Assembly (NCBI GenBank): GCA_039683575.1 | Contig: JBDKRC010000060.1 | Location: 1-10,476 of the forward strand | Length of the DNA stretch: 10,476 nucleotides | DNA from: Armatimonadia bacterium | Lineage (GTDB): Bacteria > Armatimonadota > Zipacnadia > Zipacnadales > UBA11051 | Direction: 5' to 3' | Shown here: positions 9,306 through 10,476 of the stretch, one piece after another | How the letters are laid out: each line of letters opens with the position of its first letter | Numbering within the stretch: the stretch's first letter is position 1 | Translations under genes and position numbers: made by a program | Notes under the pieces: generated by a model | Seen by the model: the letters and a program-made list of their open reading frames with translations, nothing else | Told to the model about the DNA's origin: nothing | Database searches by the model: none

Positions 9306-10476
9306 ATGATGCGCAAACTGAGCCTGGTTGTACTGCTGCTGGTATTGCTGGCGGGGGCGGCGTATGCGGAAACGTCGCTCATAAATGTCTCAGATGCACC
9401 GAACTATATCGACCAGATGGTGAGCATCAAGGGTATCGCCGGGCACTACGGCCCCGGCGCCACGGCGAACACCTACATTTTCTCACTCACCGATGCCTTC
9501 AATAAGACCATCCGCGTGCGCACGGACGCGCCACCGGATTTGGCGACGGTCTACGTAGTGACCGGCACCGTCGTCTCGCCGAGCAACAGCGATCAACTCG
9601 TAATGGTGGAGAAGGAACGGCGCGCCGCGTACACGCCACTGGGCAAGAAGGAAGAGCAACCGATATCGACTCCTACAGGTGTGAGCGGTGGCGCCGAGGG
9701 CGCCGGCGCTGCCGCTGGTGCCGCTGGAAGGACGACGGTGGCAGAGGAGGGCGCAACCAGCTCGCCGACTCCGGCAATCTCCACGCCCATGATGCTCGTC
9801 ATCGGCGGAGCCATCCTCATTCTGGCCGCCATCGGCATCGGTGTGGCTGTGAAGATGAGCAACGACCGCCGGGCCCATGAGGAAGCGGTGCGGCAGCAAC
9901 AGGCTCAGCAGCAAGCCCAACAGCAGGCTCATGACGCGGAGATGGCCAGGCTGGCGCAGGCTGCGGTCCCGCCGCCCCCGCCTCCCGGAGGCACAGTGGC
10001 CATCGGCCCGGCGATTCCCGGCGGGGCGACGGTGGTTGGCGGAGGGGCAGGCGCCGGGAGTTCGACGATGGTTAGCTGGGGACAGCTCGTGGCGGTTGCC
10101 GGGCCCAAGAGCGGGTCGCTGACCGTGCCACTTGGCCCCAAGCCGATCATCATCGGACGGACGCAGGGCGATGTGGTGCTCGACGTGGACCAGTCGGTGT
10201 CCGGCAAGCATGGCACAATCTCCATCGCCGGTGACCGGAAGGTGTACTACGAGGACCAGAGCACCAACGGCTCGCAGGTCAATGGCAAGCCGGTCCACAA
10301 TGAGAAGGTCGCGCTCAAGCCGAGCGACCGCATCGTGATCGGGCCGCATACCTTTGAGATCAAGTTCAACGAAGCGTCCTTGATGTGCCCAGCGCCCGCG
10401 GGCGGCAGTGGCGGCGCGACAGTGGTCATGCCGGCCCAGGCAGGCGCCGCGGCGGCCAGTTCGACGGTGGACTTCT
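9306..10476 (+). CDS. Receptor-like FHA protein 2 (partial, at least 390 codons): signal peptide, small beta/OB-like ectodomain, TM, Gln-rich helix, FHA
   Basis: Not in the ORF track (no stop in window). GAGGAGG at 9294-9300. Hand translation: MMRKLSLVVLLLVLLAGAAYA-ETSLINV...QMVSIKGIAG...YIFSLTDAFNKTIRVRT...YVVTGTV...MMLVIGGAILILAAIGIGVAV-KMSNDRR...QQQAQQQAQQQAH...IIIGR...SVSGKH...EDQSTNGSQVNG...SDRIVIG. Confidence 0.93.
   Translation, partial: MMRKLSLVVLLLVLLAGAAYAETSLINVSDAPNYIDQMVSIKGIAGHYGPGATANTYIFSLTDAFNKTIRVRTDAPPDLATVYVVTGTVVSPSNSDQLVMVEKERRAAYTPLGKKEEQPISTPTGVSGGAEGAGAAAGAAGRTTVAEEGATSSPTPAISTPMMLVIGGAILILAAIGIGVAVKMSNDRRAHEEAVRQQQAQQQAQQQAHDAEMARLAQAAVPPPPPPGGTVAIGPAIPGGATVVGGGAGAGSSTMVSWGQLVAVAGPKSGSLTVPLGPKPIIIGRTQGDVVLDVDQSVSGKHGTISIAGDRKVYYEDQSTNGSQVNGKPVHNEKVALKPSDRIVIGPHTFEIKFNEASLMCPAPAGGSGGATVVMPAQAGAAAASSTVDF

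Noticed and set aside
9483-10349. 288-aa minus-strand ORF
   Set aside because: Antisense to the plus-strand gene starting at 9306, which has a strong RBS, signal peptide, TM and FHA motifs.

Overview
High-GC bacterial DNA that is almost entirely a Ser/Thr-phosphosignalling locus, made of two divergent operons around a ~285-bp intergenic region (7661-7946). Minus strand, in transcription order: FHA-domain membrane protein, DUF2752-like small membrane protein, Hanks-type kinase D (kinase-TM-NTF2/SnoaL-like), secreted and membrane-anchored M14/AstE-like zinc peptidase, kinase C (kinase-TM-PsbP/Mog1-like), a 33-bp-period GTAG REP-like repeat cluster, kinase B (kinase-TM-unrecognised CxxC domain), and kinase A (truncated by the window edge; 20 differences from kinase B over 572 nt by hand count). 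Plus strand: two receptor-like proteins with signal peptide, ectodomain, TM and cytoplasmic FHA; the second is missing from the ORF track and runs off the window. The main candidate novelty is a serially duplicated array of receptor kinases with conserved catalytic domains and unrelated ectodomains, facing FHA receptor-adaptors. Most components share a T-x-hydrophobic linker motif, and the two operons share a mirror-image CGGGAAGAA...GCAT promoter-like motif. All domain calls are by eye from motifs; no searches were run.
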